DNA of 64,000 nucleotides from Flavobacteriales bacterium. Its GTDB lineage: Bacteria > Bacteroidota > Bacteroidia > Flavobacteriales_D > UBA2798. The stretch is taken from positions 6,232 through 70,231 of the forward strand of contig DATGXI010000034.1 in the NCBI GenBank assembly GCA_035299065.1. The letters are read 5' to 3'. The notes under the pieces were generated by a model, which saw nothing but the letters and a program-made list of their open reading frames with translations, was not told where the DNA came from and made no database searches. The translations under genes were made by a program, and so were the position numbers. Below, one piece after another: positions 51,501-58,675 of this stretch (the stretch's first letter is position 1; the number at the start of each line of letters is the position of its first letter).

Positions 51501-52668
51501 ACGTTGTTAGATGAAATGGGTTTACCGTTAACTCATACAGTTCTTTGTCTTCAATTTCTTTACAAAAGTTCTTATAGTCTATTTTATACCTGTTTTTCAA
51601 AAAGGCTTTAACACTAGACTCGTAAAGATTTAAATTTGCGATAACAAAGACCTTAAAAAGTTCATCAAAAAAACTTACATTATTTAATGAAGCGTGTTCA
51701 AAGTGATTGGTTCTACAGGACAAAACTACCTTTGTACTCTGATTTTTCTGAACGAATTGTTTAATCTTCCTCATTAAGCCAATAAAATCTGAAGGTTCCA
51801 CTTCATCTAGGCCATCCATAAAAACAATAAATTTTTCCTGGTCAATATTAATCCAATTCTTTGGCAATATCTCTTCAATCTGTTCGTTCTTATATGTTTT
51901 AAAATCCAACATTAATGGAAAATACCCTAACGACTTAAGTTTAATACAAGTCTCTTGTAATTCCGTAGATTTTCCTGTCCCTCCATTTCCAATAACAATA
52001 ATTCTTTGATGGTTTAGAATCGCTTTTAAACATGGGATTGTTTCAAATCCCTCTGTTTCTATCCGACTAGCAAATTCTACTAATACTCGGGGAATCTTAT
52101 CTTCTTCTTTATGTCTGATCTGATCTAAAAAAGTATAATCTGGAGCGCTATTATCCCCTTTAATTTCTGTAATTTGCTCACTTATGTCCTCAAGCATCAG
52201 ATTAATTCTCGTGCTAGCCTCTTTTAATCCTGGATTCGTAACCTTAGTAATTAATTGTTTGAATATTTTTATAAAGTCGGTTAACTCACCCTTAATATTT
52301 ACATCTATATTTTTCAATTCAATAAGATAAGGGCTTGTATGCAGAGTATGATCAAGTAGTCTAACTAAATCCTCATATTCGCTTTCATTGTTGAAATAAT
52401 TTTGAAATTGTTTGGCAAATTCATTAAACAAAAAGAGCCTGGAAAAAGCTTTACCCTTCTCTTGCTCATATTTTAAAACAGCATGAAAATAAACCGATAT
52501 AAATTCGTCTTTTAAATCAGCGGCTAAAAAGAGGTAACGATTTTTTTGAAAGAATCTAAACAAACTGTATTGCTTGTTCATTTCTTTTTTAGCGCTCTGC
52601 CAAAAAAAGAAAATGACCTTACCAGCAAATGGTTTAATCCAACTACTTAAATTGAATCCAGTTGACAT
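48526..52668 (-). CDS. NACHT/STAND P-loop NTPase (bacterial NLR-like), 1380 aa
   Basis: Walker A IIVIGNGGTGKST, Walker B FIVFMDGLDEV, then a SCRTNHF sensor-like segment. About 220-aa unknown N-terminal domain and about 950-aa helical-repeat C-terminus. Confidence 0.8.
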   Translation of the reverse strand: MSTGFNLSSWIKPFAGKVIFFFWQSAKKEMNKQYSLFRFFQKNRYLFLAADLKDEFISVYFHAVLKYEQEKGKAFSRLFLFNEFAKQFQNYFNNESEYEDLVRLLDHTLHTSPYLIELKNIDVNIKGELTDFIKIFKQLITKVTNPGLKEASTRINLMLEDISEQITEIKGDNSAPDYTFLDQIRHKEEDKIPRVLVEFASRIETEGFETIPCLKAILNHQRIIVIGNGGTGKSTELQETCIKLKSLGYFPLMLDFKTYKNEQIEEILPKNWINIDQEKFIVFMDGLDEVEPSDFIGLMRKIKQFVQKNQSTKVVLSCRTNHFEHASLNNVSFFDELFKVFVIANLNLYESSVKAFLKNRYKIDYKNFCKEIEDKELYELTVNPFHLTTLASLYAEKGQLPSNKSDLFDQFIQMDMFFDQKKYVLTVDNITLKKSQTLSLLERIAVLMEIMGKNAISNSDFESVIDDSSKIDLIKYSKLFTKSENSRGIWKFEHRLFQEYLAARYLSKLRFDEIITLITYSPGHTKLIPSWMNTITFLLGIKNGTYYDDLITWLMKNDKELIIKVEREKLDIVKREVIFKEIFSYYQKNEFWINEYKLNLHEFTSFGNSKGCVEYLLNLLDEPSEITLRNAIRVLGNFNFRDLDNGSSVKKRLIELLDKCRSRVNIVSEILKALTISRLLEVSEIEHIFSLFGKSANKYIRTAMYDLILGYELSDKYVDYIISGCDLRYRTDSEERGGSTSMNEIYNLKECIGAVKTDASITKLINYASEGEYFRHHYDSGESARTLIKSAIEAENVNDNVFSACLSWFSAGGISFDFDIKELLVSYFVQTQSISKAIAQILRTENKRDRSYLLSCFVFKDTLDLFVELYNQKKIEKSDLQVISTNLYNSKEVSTKEFRNYLSRKTDLVFEELPQVDYNEIRRQQTIQEFELLFNIDSMASQAIEIFEDFKKEELTKSELYDILKINNRIVELEDKYNGAVLWLLRDMLYLKKDSVEKTIDKEKVELWFVDRENVERYCVGRLEQLLIHNDFLVLNQNQVQWIENWCNRVLSKFDFRTSLRRKGNTTTFNYYANYFFYFHYKLNFIVSEEVLLNMLSYSIILEYKYLNFDHLIKLIDNDKVNQRIKDNIEQGITIFEIFKNHFQYVLKNRLYDFYTVLEAKIENENWSEYEKRELINLYYEETLDKEYLKRIISKCDSGTIWEIIKKLSEVNEEEFIKDFLVNEEKRRDDISFKINACYHLVIIDNEVGIQLLIDLVNSHWKSHKEEINYRSLSNVTSIRVLPGLFELLKLSYEVEESEDKGYFNSSVLSAYHKIGIQSEQNLKIVKDDLNRFLSEYRDKYPKSRFILEHIDGIEDKYYESMPKIETIEEAKRKLAASSF

Positions 52669-52728
52669 TTTTTAATATTAAATTTTTTGTTTTATAATAA
52701 GGTACGAAATGTCTTAGAGCAAGAATAT

Positions 52729-53445
52729 TTATGAAGGAGTATGATTATACCATTCAATTAATTCTCGCAATCTTTTAACTAAAATATGTACAGTCGTGCT
52801 TGGATTGGCTTCTAGTGGACTGTTATCCATTTTTATGTGTTCGGAATAAAGCTTTTCAGCACGATTAATCGCATCAGATTCACTTCCCATCTCTTGTAAT
52901 GGCTTAAAAATCTCTAAACCCGCATGTTCATATTCAAAAGTATCATATCCTTGATATGCCCGAATTTCAGTCGTTAACATATTATAAATATCTTGACGCG
53001 CAATTGGCGTATTAGCGGGCACGCTAATAAAATGCAATAAAAGCCACAATTCAAAAACCTCATTACTATATGCAACTTTTATTTTTTGTTTCTTAGCTAG
53101 TGTAAAAGCGTCCACAAACCTGGCCGTATTTCCTTGGGATTTTTGGGCATCATCTTTATCAAAAACTGACCAAACCTCGTCTACGTGCTTACCTGCTTCC
53201 TCATATAGTTTTGTTCTTTCAATTACGGTTTGCTCAACAACGCCCTTATAGTTTCTTCCCGTTCCGACTGCTCTAAGAAATACAGTTTTATCTGGAAATT
53301 CCTTTACGAATCCATTAAAATAGAATGGCTCTGACTTTTGGTCTTCACAAACAATTAAAAATAGATGATCATACCTTTTTGGCCTAACAGGTCTATCGTC
53401 TTTATCCTTTAATTCTTTTTTATGGACTATTCCTTTGACCGCCAT
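52729..53445 (-). CDS. RloB-like (Toprim-like) protein
   Basis: 238 aa. FLIVCEDQKSEPFYF, VWSVFDKDD and AYSNEVFELWLLLHF are the hallmark RloB (PF13707-type) motifs. Confidence 0.75.
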   Translation of the reverse strand: MAVKGIVHKKELKDKDDRPVRPKRYDHLFLIVCEDQKSEPFYFNGFVKEFPDKTVFLRAVGTGRNYKGVVEQTVIERTKLYEEAGKHVDEVWSVFDKDDAQKSQGNTARFVDAFTLAKKQKIKVAYSNEVFELWLLLHFISVPANTPIARQDIYNMLTTEIRAYQGYDTFEYEHAGLEIFKPLQEMGSESDAINRAEKLYSEHIKMDNSPLEANPSTTVHILVKRLRELIEWYNHTPS

Positions 53446-54782
53446 TTAGCTGAATGAATAAAATTTTTAAAATCTCCAAGAACAGGAATAGCACCATATC
53501 GACCTTCAATATATCTCTTTTCTTTATCTGTATCAGGTCTCTCTTTTTCGGATTTGAATTCTCCATTTTTTTCTTCAAAATAGATAAAGTCTGACAAAGT
53601 ATAAAGCTCTGTGCTTTCCCATTTATTTTTTTCAGCGAAACACACTTGGTCTCTTCTTAACTGAGAATAACTTAAAAGATTTGTATCATGAGTCGCAAAA
53701 ATCAGTTGTGCCCCATTTGGATTGCTTTCTTTCCTTAAAAATAATTCAATTGTATTTAACGTCATTATTGGGTGCATTGCAGCTTCTATTTCATCAATTA
53801 TAAGAACCCCACCATTTGCAAGAGCCCATAAAACGGGGCCACTTAGTTTAAATGCTTTTTGGGTTCCTGCAGATTCTCTTTCATTAAAATCCCAACTATG
53901 CAATTCATTTGTAGGAGATCCATCGGATTTATATGTTTGATGAATTGCATGTACAATATAACTCTTGCTGCCTTTTAATTTTTGAGCTAATTGAGTCTTT
54001 AAATTTTCCGGCATACTATGAGGCAACTCTGATTCCTCAAAATCCTTTGGTGTAATTTCAACATCATGTAAACCTAGTCCTAAGTTTGATAAATATTTCC
54101 GAATAGTTTCCTTGTATTCGTTTAATTCAGATAGGGATGCCGTTCTAATATCATCATCTGTATTTAAACCATCAATCATTACAAATAACTTAAACCACTG
54201 CATTATTTTCTTAGCCTCCTCAACATTTAAAATATCACAGGTGGATAGGAAAAGTGCGTTGACTCGCGTTGCCTCAATAGCTGCGTCAATTAATTTCTTT
54301 GACCCGACATATCCAGAGCTAACATCAATAACATTCCCTTCTCTTTCAAAGAGACTTACTTCTCTTCCAGCAGATTTTCTAAATAGCCATTCCTTTTGGA
54401 CTTCTGTTGAGTTAAATTCAAGACCGTATCTATATCTATTTTCTTCAACAACAAACGATATTTCAAAAGTTGTTGGCTTATTAGACCATCCATCTCTTAA
54501 TAAGAAAGGATCATAAGGAAGTTTTGTTACAGACGATGTTCTAGCTGATATGTGAACAAGCATATCAAGAAGGCTCATTGATCTCAAAATATTAGATTTA
54601 CCTCCTCCATTAGGTCCATAAAGTGAAATTGCATTCAGACCTTTATATTTACTTTTGGAAATTATGTTTTGAGGATAGTCCTTTTGTTTAGGCGCTGGAA
54701 CCAAACTCAAAATTTGCTCTTCCCCAATCGATCTATAATTTGAAACTCTAAATTCAAGTAACATAGCTTTGCGAATTTTCAC
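53427..54782 (-). CDS. AAA_21/AAA_15-type ABC-like ATPase (partner of RloB)
   Basis: FRVSNYRSI, Walker A YGPNGGGKSN, Walker B LIIDEIEAAMHP, and FATHDTNLL. The track start is GTG; the ATG at 54764 (MLLEFRV) is the more likely start. 19-bp overlap with the RloB gene. Confidence 0.8.
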   Translation of the reverse strand: MKIRKAMLLEFRVSNYRSIGEEQILSLVPAPKQKDYPQNIISKSKYKGLNAISLYGPNGGGKSNILRSMSLLDMLVHISARTSSVTKLPYDPFLLRDGWSNKPTTFEISFVVEENRYRYGLEFNSTEVQKEWLFRKSAGREVSLFEREGNVIDVSSGYVGSKKLIDAAIEATRVNALFLSTCDILNVEEAKKIMQWFKLFVMIDGLNTDDDIRTASLSELNEYKETIRKYLSNLGLGLHDVEITPKDFEESELPHSMPENLKTQLAQKLKGSKSYIVHAIHQTYKSDGSPTNELHSWDFNERESAGTQKAFKLSGPVLWALANGGVLIIDEIEAAMHPIMTLNTIELFLRKESNPNGAQLIFATHDTNLLSYSQLRRDQVCFAEKNKWESTELYTLSDFIYFEEKNGEFKSEKERPDTDKEKRYIEGRYGAIPVLGDFKNFIHSAKWRSKE

Positions 54783-54904
54783 AAATATATGACACTTGGA
54801 TCAATAAAAAGCGTCCAACTATGCCTTTTTTGCTATTTTTCCGTAAAATAGTGGCATTTAGTCTAGATAATGTGCAATAAATTATTTTATTGATTATCAG
54901 ATAA

Positions 54905-55267
54905 TTAAAAAATCGAAGAACTCATTTTAATTAGTTCTTTATAAATCTCATTCGCTATTGGTTCTAGTGCCCTATTTGAGTCCTTTATATTAATCTTAGC
55001 GGCTTTTCTGGTTGCATTGTGATAGTATTCGCCAATACGTTCCTCCCCCGCTTTCTCCTCTATCCCTAGAATGGCGAATATGGTTTCGCTGAGATGTAAG
55101 CAGTAGTGCAAAGCATCAAAATCTAAAGCTTCCAGGCCATAAATAAGCCTGTTATTAATTAAATCATCTTTGATTAGGGCTATTAAAAGCTTTTCCTGAG
55201 TGATTTTTGGCTTTTTTGATTTCATATCACAACACTTTAGTGCTACAAAAATAAAATAAAGTGGCAT
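54905..55267 (-). CDS. hypothetical protein
   Basis: 120-aa ORF. The likely true start is the ATG at 55225 (MKSKKPK...), because the first 14 codons coincide with a promoter-like inverted repeat. Confidence 0.4.
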   Translation of the reverse strand: MPLYFIFVALKCCDMKSKKPKITQEKLLIALIKDDLINNRLIYGLEALDFDALHYCLHLSETIFAILGIEEKAGEERIGEYYHNATRKAAKINIKDSNRALEPIANEIYKELIKMSSSIF

Positions 55268-55370
55268 AAAATAACACTAAAGTGAATTAATATTAGCTTT
55301 TAGTTGTCTTTTAATACACTTTTCATTGATTTTAAGTTCTTTAGATATGCTTAAATTGCCACTTTATTTA
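55253..55370. promoter_or_regulatory. divergent promoter/operator region with inverted copies of TGCCACTTTATTT(TA)T(T/G)TTTG(T/A)AGCACT
   Basis: The minus-strand copy reads from 55266 leftward and the + strand copy from 55357 rightward. The minus copy contains TATTTTTG (TAnnTTTG). A third partial copy (TGCCACTATTTTA) lies on the minus strand at 54845-54856. Confidence 0.5.
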
Positions 55371-55387
55371 TGTTTTGAAGCACTTAA

Positions 55388-55600
55388 ATGGTCGAAAAGA
55401 TGGTATATAATCGAATTAAAGCAGTTTTAGCTGAAAAGGATAAGACAAATATCTGGTTAGCGGATAAATTGGGTAAGAACAAAACAACTGTATCTAAATG
55501 GTGTACCAATGATGTTCAACCAACCATTGAAACATTATTTGAAGTTGCTAAAGTTCTTGATGTAGATGTCCGTGAGTTACTGGTACCAACAAAAAAATAA
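55388..55600 (+). CDS. XRE/Cro-C1-family helix-turn-helix transcriptional regulator
   Basis: 70 aa. NRIKAVLAEKDKTNIWLADKLGKNKTTVSKWCTN is a typical HTH_3 pattern. Confidence 0.8.
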   Translation: MVEKMVYNRIKAVLAEKDKTNIWLADKLGKNKTTVSKWCTNDVQPTIETLFEVAKVLDVDVRELLVPTKK

Positions 55601-55670
55601 TTTGTAAAATCACCAACTTTGTTTACAATCTCTCTTTTTTAATTAATAATGATTCCGTAGCTTTATTCAA

Positions 55671-56213
55671 ATGAAGCAAAGTCACGATTTTGGGCATATA
55701 AAATCAGCGTATCAAGAAGGATATAATGATGCTATTAAGAAAAAAATTGATAAGCTACCTACAACTGTTGAGAACTGGTTTGAAACTTTAAATCAAATTG
55801 AGTTTAAGTTTCTATCTGATATAAAATGGGTAGGTGTTCTAATGTATCCCTATTATCCAATAGGAGATTTATTCGCTGATTTTGGCAACCCATTTAAAAA
55901 GGTTGCCGTTGTAATAGAATATAAAAATCATGATGGCGCTCTTTTGGAAAAAAGAATTAATTCTTTTAGAGAAAAAGGATGGACAGTTTATACGCTAGAA
56001 AGTAAATCAGTAACATACACCGCTGAAGAATTATTCGACTACAATAAAACAGATCCTAATTTGGACTTTTATGAAATTCCGCAAGAAGAGTTTGTAGAGT
56101 TTGTTAATTTAAATAAAGCCAAAAACTCTCAATGTTTGCTATATTATATACGTTTTAATCATTTTGATTGGTTAGACGCCCTTGAGGAAGAAATGGAAGA
56201 GCTCGAACAATAA
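55671..56213 (+). CDS. hypothetical protein, possible DUF559/Vsr-like endonuclease fold
   Basis: 180 aa. The segment ADFGNPFKKVAVVIEYKNH...EKR...FREKGWTVYTL resembles the DUF559 core (xDF...xIExDG.xH...D..R...L...GW.V.R). Weak, motif-level only. Confidence 0.35.
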   Translation: MKQSHDFGHIKSAYQEGYNDAIKKKIDKLPTTVENWFETLNQIEFKFLSDIKWVGVLMYPYYPIGDLFADFGNPFKKVAVVIEYKNHDGALLEKRINSFREKGWTVYTLESKSVTYTAEELFDYNKTDPNLDFYEIPQEEFVEFVNLNKAKNSQCLLYYIRFNHFDWLDALEEEMEELEQ

Positions 56214-56529
56214 TTCTTTTTTTGTTACACAACTGTTAAACGCTACCGTTGCCTCAATAGGCACGTGAACAAAAGTTAAAATCACTAACATTCTTTTCAT
56301 TCGGCACGTTATTTCGTTTAAACGCATTTATTAGAAAAGAAAGGAAGGGATGAAAAATGCCACAACAAAATCAAAACATCAATTGTAAATAGTTTATCTG
56401 TATGACAACTATTGCATGGGGTTTCTCTTTTGACGGGTTCTCTTCCTCAAACAAATAGTTCAACCTTTCGTTGGTTGTTCGCAGAACCTTAAATTTTTTC
56501 CAATTATTTAATTTTTAAAATTTAAGATT

Positions 56530-57279
56530 ATGTCTAGTTTCACAGAAACAGGGCACGCAAAAAACGTTGCCAATTTTGAAGATCTCATTTCGTTCTGTAC
56601 CGGTTATGGTGCTACCTACAACCCGGTGAACGTTAACATTAAAATTCCTGCATTAAACTCAAAGTACACGGCTTGTGTGAACGCCATACTTGCGGTTAAG
56701 GTGGCCAAAACGGCTTTTGACAATTCAACCAACTCGCGTGAGCTTGTATTTGCTTCGCTCAAGAAACTCTCCACACGCGTTGTAAACGCTCTGGAGGCTA
56801 CCACGGCTGCAAAGGTAACCGTTGATGATGCAAAGACTGTAAACCGCAAAATTCAGGGCAAGCGTGCCTCCAAGGTACCCGAAGAACCATCCGATGGTGG
56901 TGGCACGGGTGCAGAGGCTCCCGTTAAGACCATATCGGTGTCACAGCAGAGTTATGACAGCCTGATTGATCATTTCATCAAGCTGATACAGATCGTGAGC
57001 ACTGAGCCCCTTTATTTGCCCAACGAGACGGATTTAAAGGTGGTTACTTTAAATGCTTTGCTGGTGAGTTTAAAGGCTGCCAACACTTCGGTGATTGGTA
57101 CCACTACTTCTTACAGCAACAGCCGTATTACGCGTGACAGTGCTTTGTATGATGTTACAACGGGTATGGTTGACCTGGCTTTTGAGGTAAAGGCTTACGT
57201 GAAGAGTTTGTACGGGGCAGGCAGTATGCAATACAAACAGGTAAGCGGGTTAAAATTTACAAAGATCAAACATTCGTAA
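56530..57279 (+). CDS. hypothetical protein (GC content like the core genome)
   Basis: 249 aa, Ala/Thr/Val-rich, followed by a strong intrinsic terminator. Confidence 0.55.
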   Translation: MSSFTETGHAKNVANFEDLISFCTGYGATYNPVNVNIKIPALNSKYTACVNAILAVKVAKTAFDNSTNSRELVFASLKKLSTRVVNALEATTAAKVTVDDAKTVNRKIQGKRASKVPEEPSDGGGTGAEAPVKTISVSQQSYDSLIDHFIKLIQIVSTEPLYLPNETDLKVVTLNALLVSLKAANTSVIGTTTSYSNSRITRDSALYDVTTGMVDLAFEVKAYVKSLYGAGSMQYKQVSGLKFTKIKHS

Positions 57280-57288
57280 TGTGTTTGA

Positions 57289-57316
57289 GGGGTTTCTTAA
57301 GGAACCCCTTTTTTTT
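57289..57316 (+). terminator. rho-independent terminator
   Basis: GGGGTTTC-TTAA-GGAACCCC (8-bp stem including one G-U pair) followed by T8. Confidence 0.8.
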
Positions 57317-57354
57317 GTCGTGTTGTGAACGATTAAAAAAAGAAAGCTGGCATC

Positions 57355-57599
57355 CTGTATTAGTGTTTTCCTGCCAACAGGTAGAAATCTCGTATCCGCA
57401 TTTAGTGTTCCTGCAACTGTGCGGAGTATTCTTGCGACTAACAAAAGAAAGTTAGCGTCCCTACTTAGTGTTCTTGCGTCTGCACTTAGAAACCTTGCGA
57501 CCTGAGTTAGTGTTCTTACAACTACGCGGAGTGTTTTCGTCTCCGCATTTAGAATTCTCTTAACTGCACTTAGTGTTCTCTGACCAATTGACAGTTTTT
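57355..57599. repeat. 21-bp-periodic iteron-like array, copy 1 (about 11 units, consensus about CTGCACTTAGTGTTCTTGCGA)
   Basis: TTAG(T/A) cores at 57360, 57402, 57465, 57486, 57507, 57549 and 57570. All spacings are multiples of 21. Confidence 0.85.
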
Positions 57600-57647
57600 A
57601 CTCATCAGTAAAATATACTCAAACAAATAGATGTTCTGTTCATTATA

Positions 57648-58550
57648 TCAATTTGGACCATCATAATTTGGGCCTCTATATTTTACTTTAATTTTAGAGT
57701 GCTCAATTCGCTTACGCCAGTAATCTTTGGAGGTCACTTTTGCCTCTTTTACGATTTGCAAATTTACCTCTCTCCAAATGACCCTATTTCTAAATCTTTC
57801 TGCTCTTTTTCGGTTGAACTCAATTACAGATTCGGGGCAATAAAAAGTATGGACTTTGTCTTTCTTTTCGTTTTCAAACACAAAGAAACAATAAGCATAT
57901 GGCGTTGTGTTCGAATGAATAATACGTATTTCTGAATATTGGTTAAAAACCTCTTTTTGTATTTGTATATATTTTTCATCATGAAGAATAACTTCTACTC
58001 CATCCACATGAGGAGATAGCACCATATTTTGATCTATAAAAGGTAAAGTATATACGGTCTTTAAATCGGTATCTTTAATTTCGAATTTTCTTTTAAACGT
58101 TTCTATTACTTCCTTTCCTTCGACCGTTTCTTCATCAAAAGTGTATTTGCCAACGACTTTATCCGTTGAATCGTACATTTTCCCTCTTTTAAATTTAAGA
58201 GAAGATATTGCCTTAATAAAAGAGTCCTTGGATTCCTTTTCCAATTGCTTTTTATCCTTAAAGTCGATTTTAAAAAAGGGTGGATCAAATAGAGAAAAGA
58301 GCAATAATGGTTCACCATTATGAATTATGGGCACGAAAAAACAACGAATATCCCATTTAATTGAAGAGTTATATTCCCATCTGATTTTACTCTTAATAAA
58401 ATTAAAACTTGCTCTTTTACCAGACTTCCAATGATGAGTCATGAGCTTAAATTGCTCATCCCATATTTTATGATCTTCTAAATTTTTGTTAATGGCAGCA
58501 CCTATAATTTCGCGATTAAAAACAAGTTTCATACGGTCTTTTTCTTTCAA
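57648..58550 (-). CDS. hypothetical protein
   Basis: 300 aa, AT-rich, Lys/Glu-rich, no recognisable domain. Lies in a roughly 1-kb segment that is absent from the second copy of the surrounding repeat. Confidence 0.5.
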   Translation of the reverse strand: MKEKDRMKLVFNREIIGAAINKNLEDHKIWDEQFKLMTHHWKSGKRASFNFIKSKIRWEYNSSIKWDIRCFFVPIIHNGEPLLLFSLFDPPFFKIDFKDKKQLEKESKDSFIKAISSLKFKRGKMYDSTDKVVGKYTFDEETVEGKEVIETFKRKFEIKDTDLKTVYTLPFIDQNMVLSPHVDGVEVILHDEKYIQIQKEVFNQYSEIRIIHSNTTPYAYCFFVFENEKKDKVHTFYCPESVIEFNRKRAERFRNRVIWREVNLQIVKEAKVTSKDYWRKRIEHSKIKVKYRGPNYDGPN

Positions 58551-58675
58551 ATATAAAAAAACATTTCACTTACAAACTAATATATTCCAAATCCTTTCGA
58601 ACTTAACATAACTTACTGACCATGACGTGTTAGTTTGGCACATATTTTCTCTAACCGACCTGTGTATCATTCTTG

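Noticed and set aside
57355-57599. Possible CRISPR array or type III toxin-antitoxin RNA repeat (ToxI-like) for the 21-bp array.
   Set aside because: The units are contiguous (no spacers) and degenerate. The only adjacent ORF (57648-58550) is on the opposite strand with the array at its 3' side, which is not the ToxIN arrangement. The second copy has no adjacent ORF of that kind.
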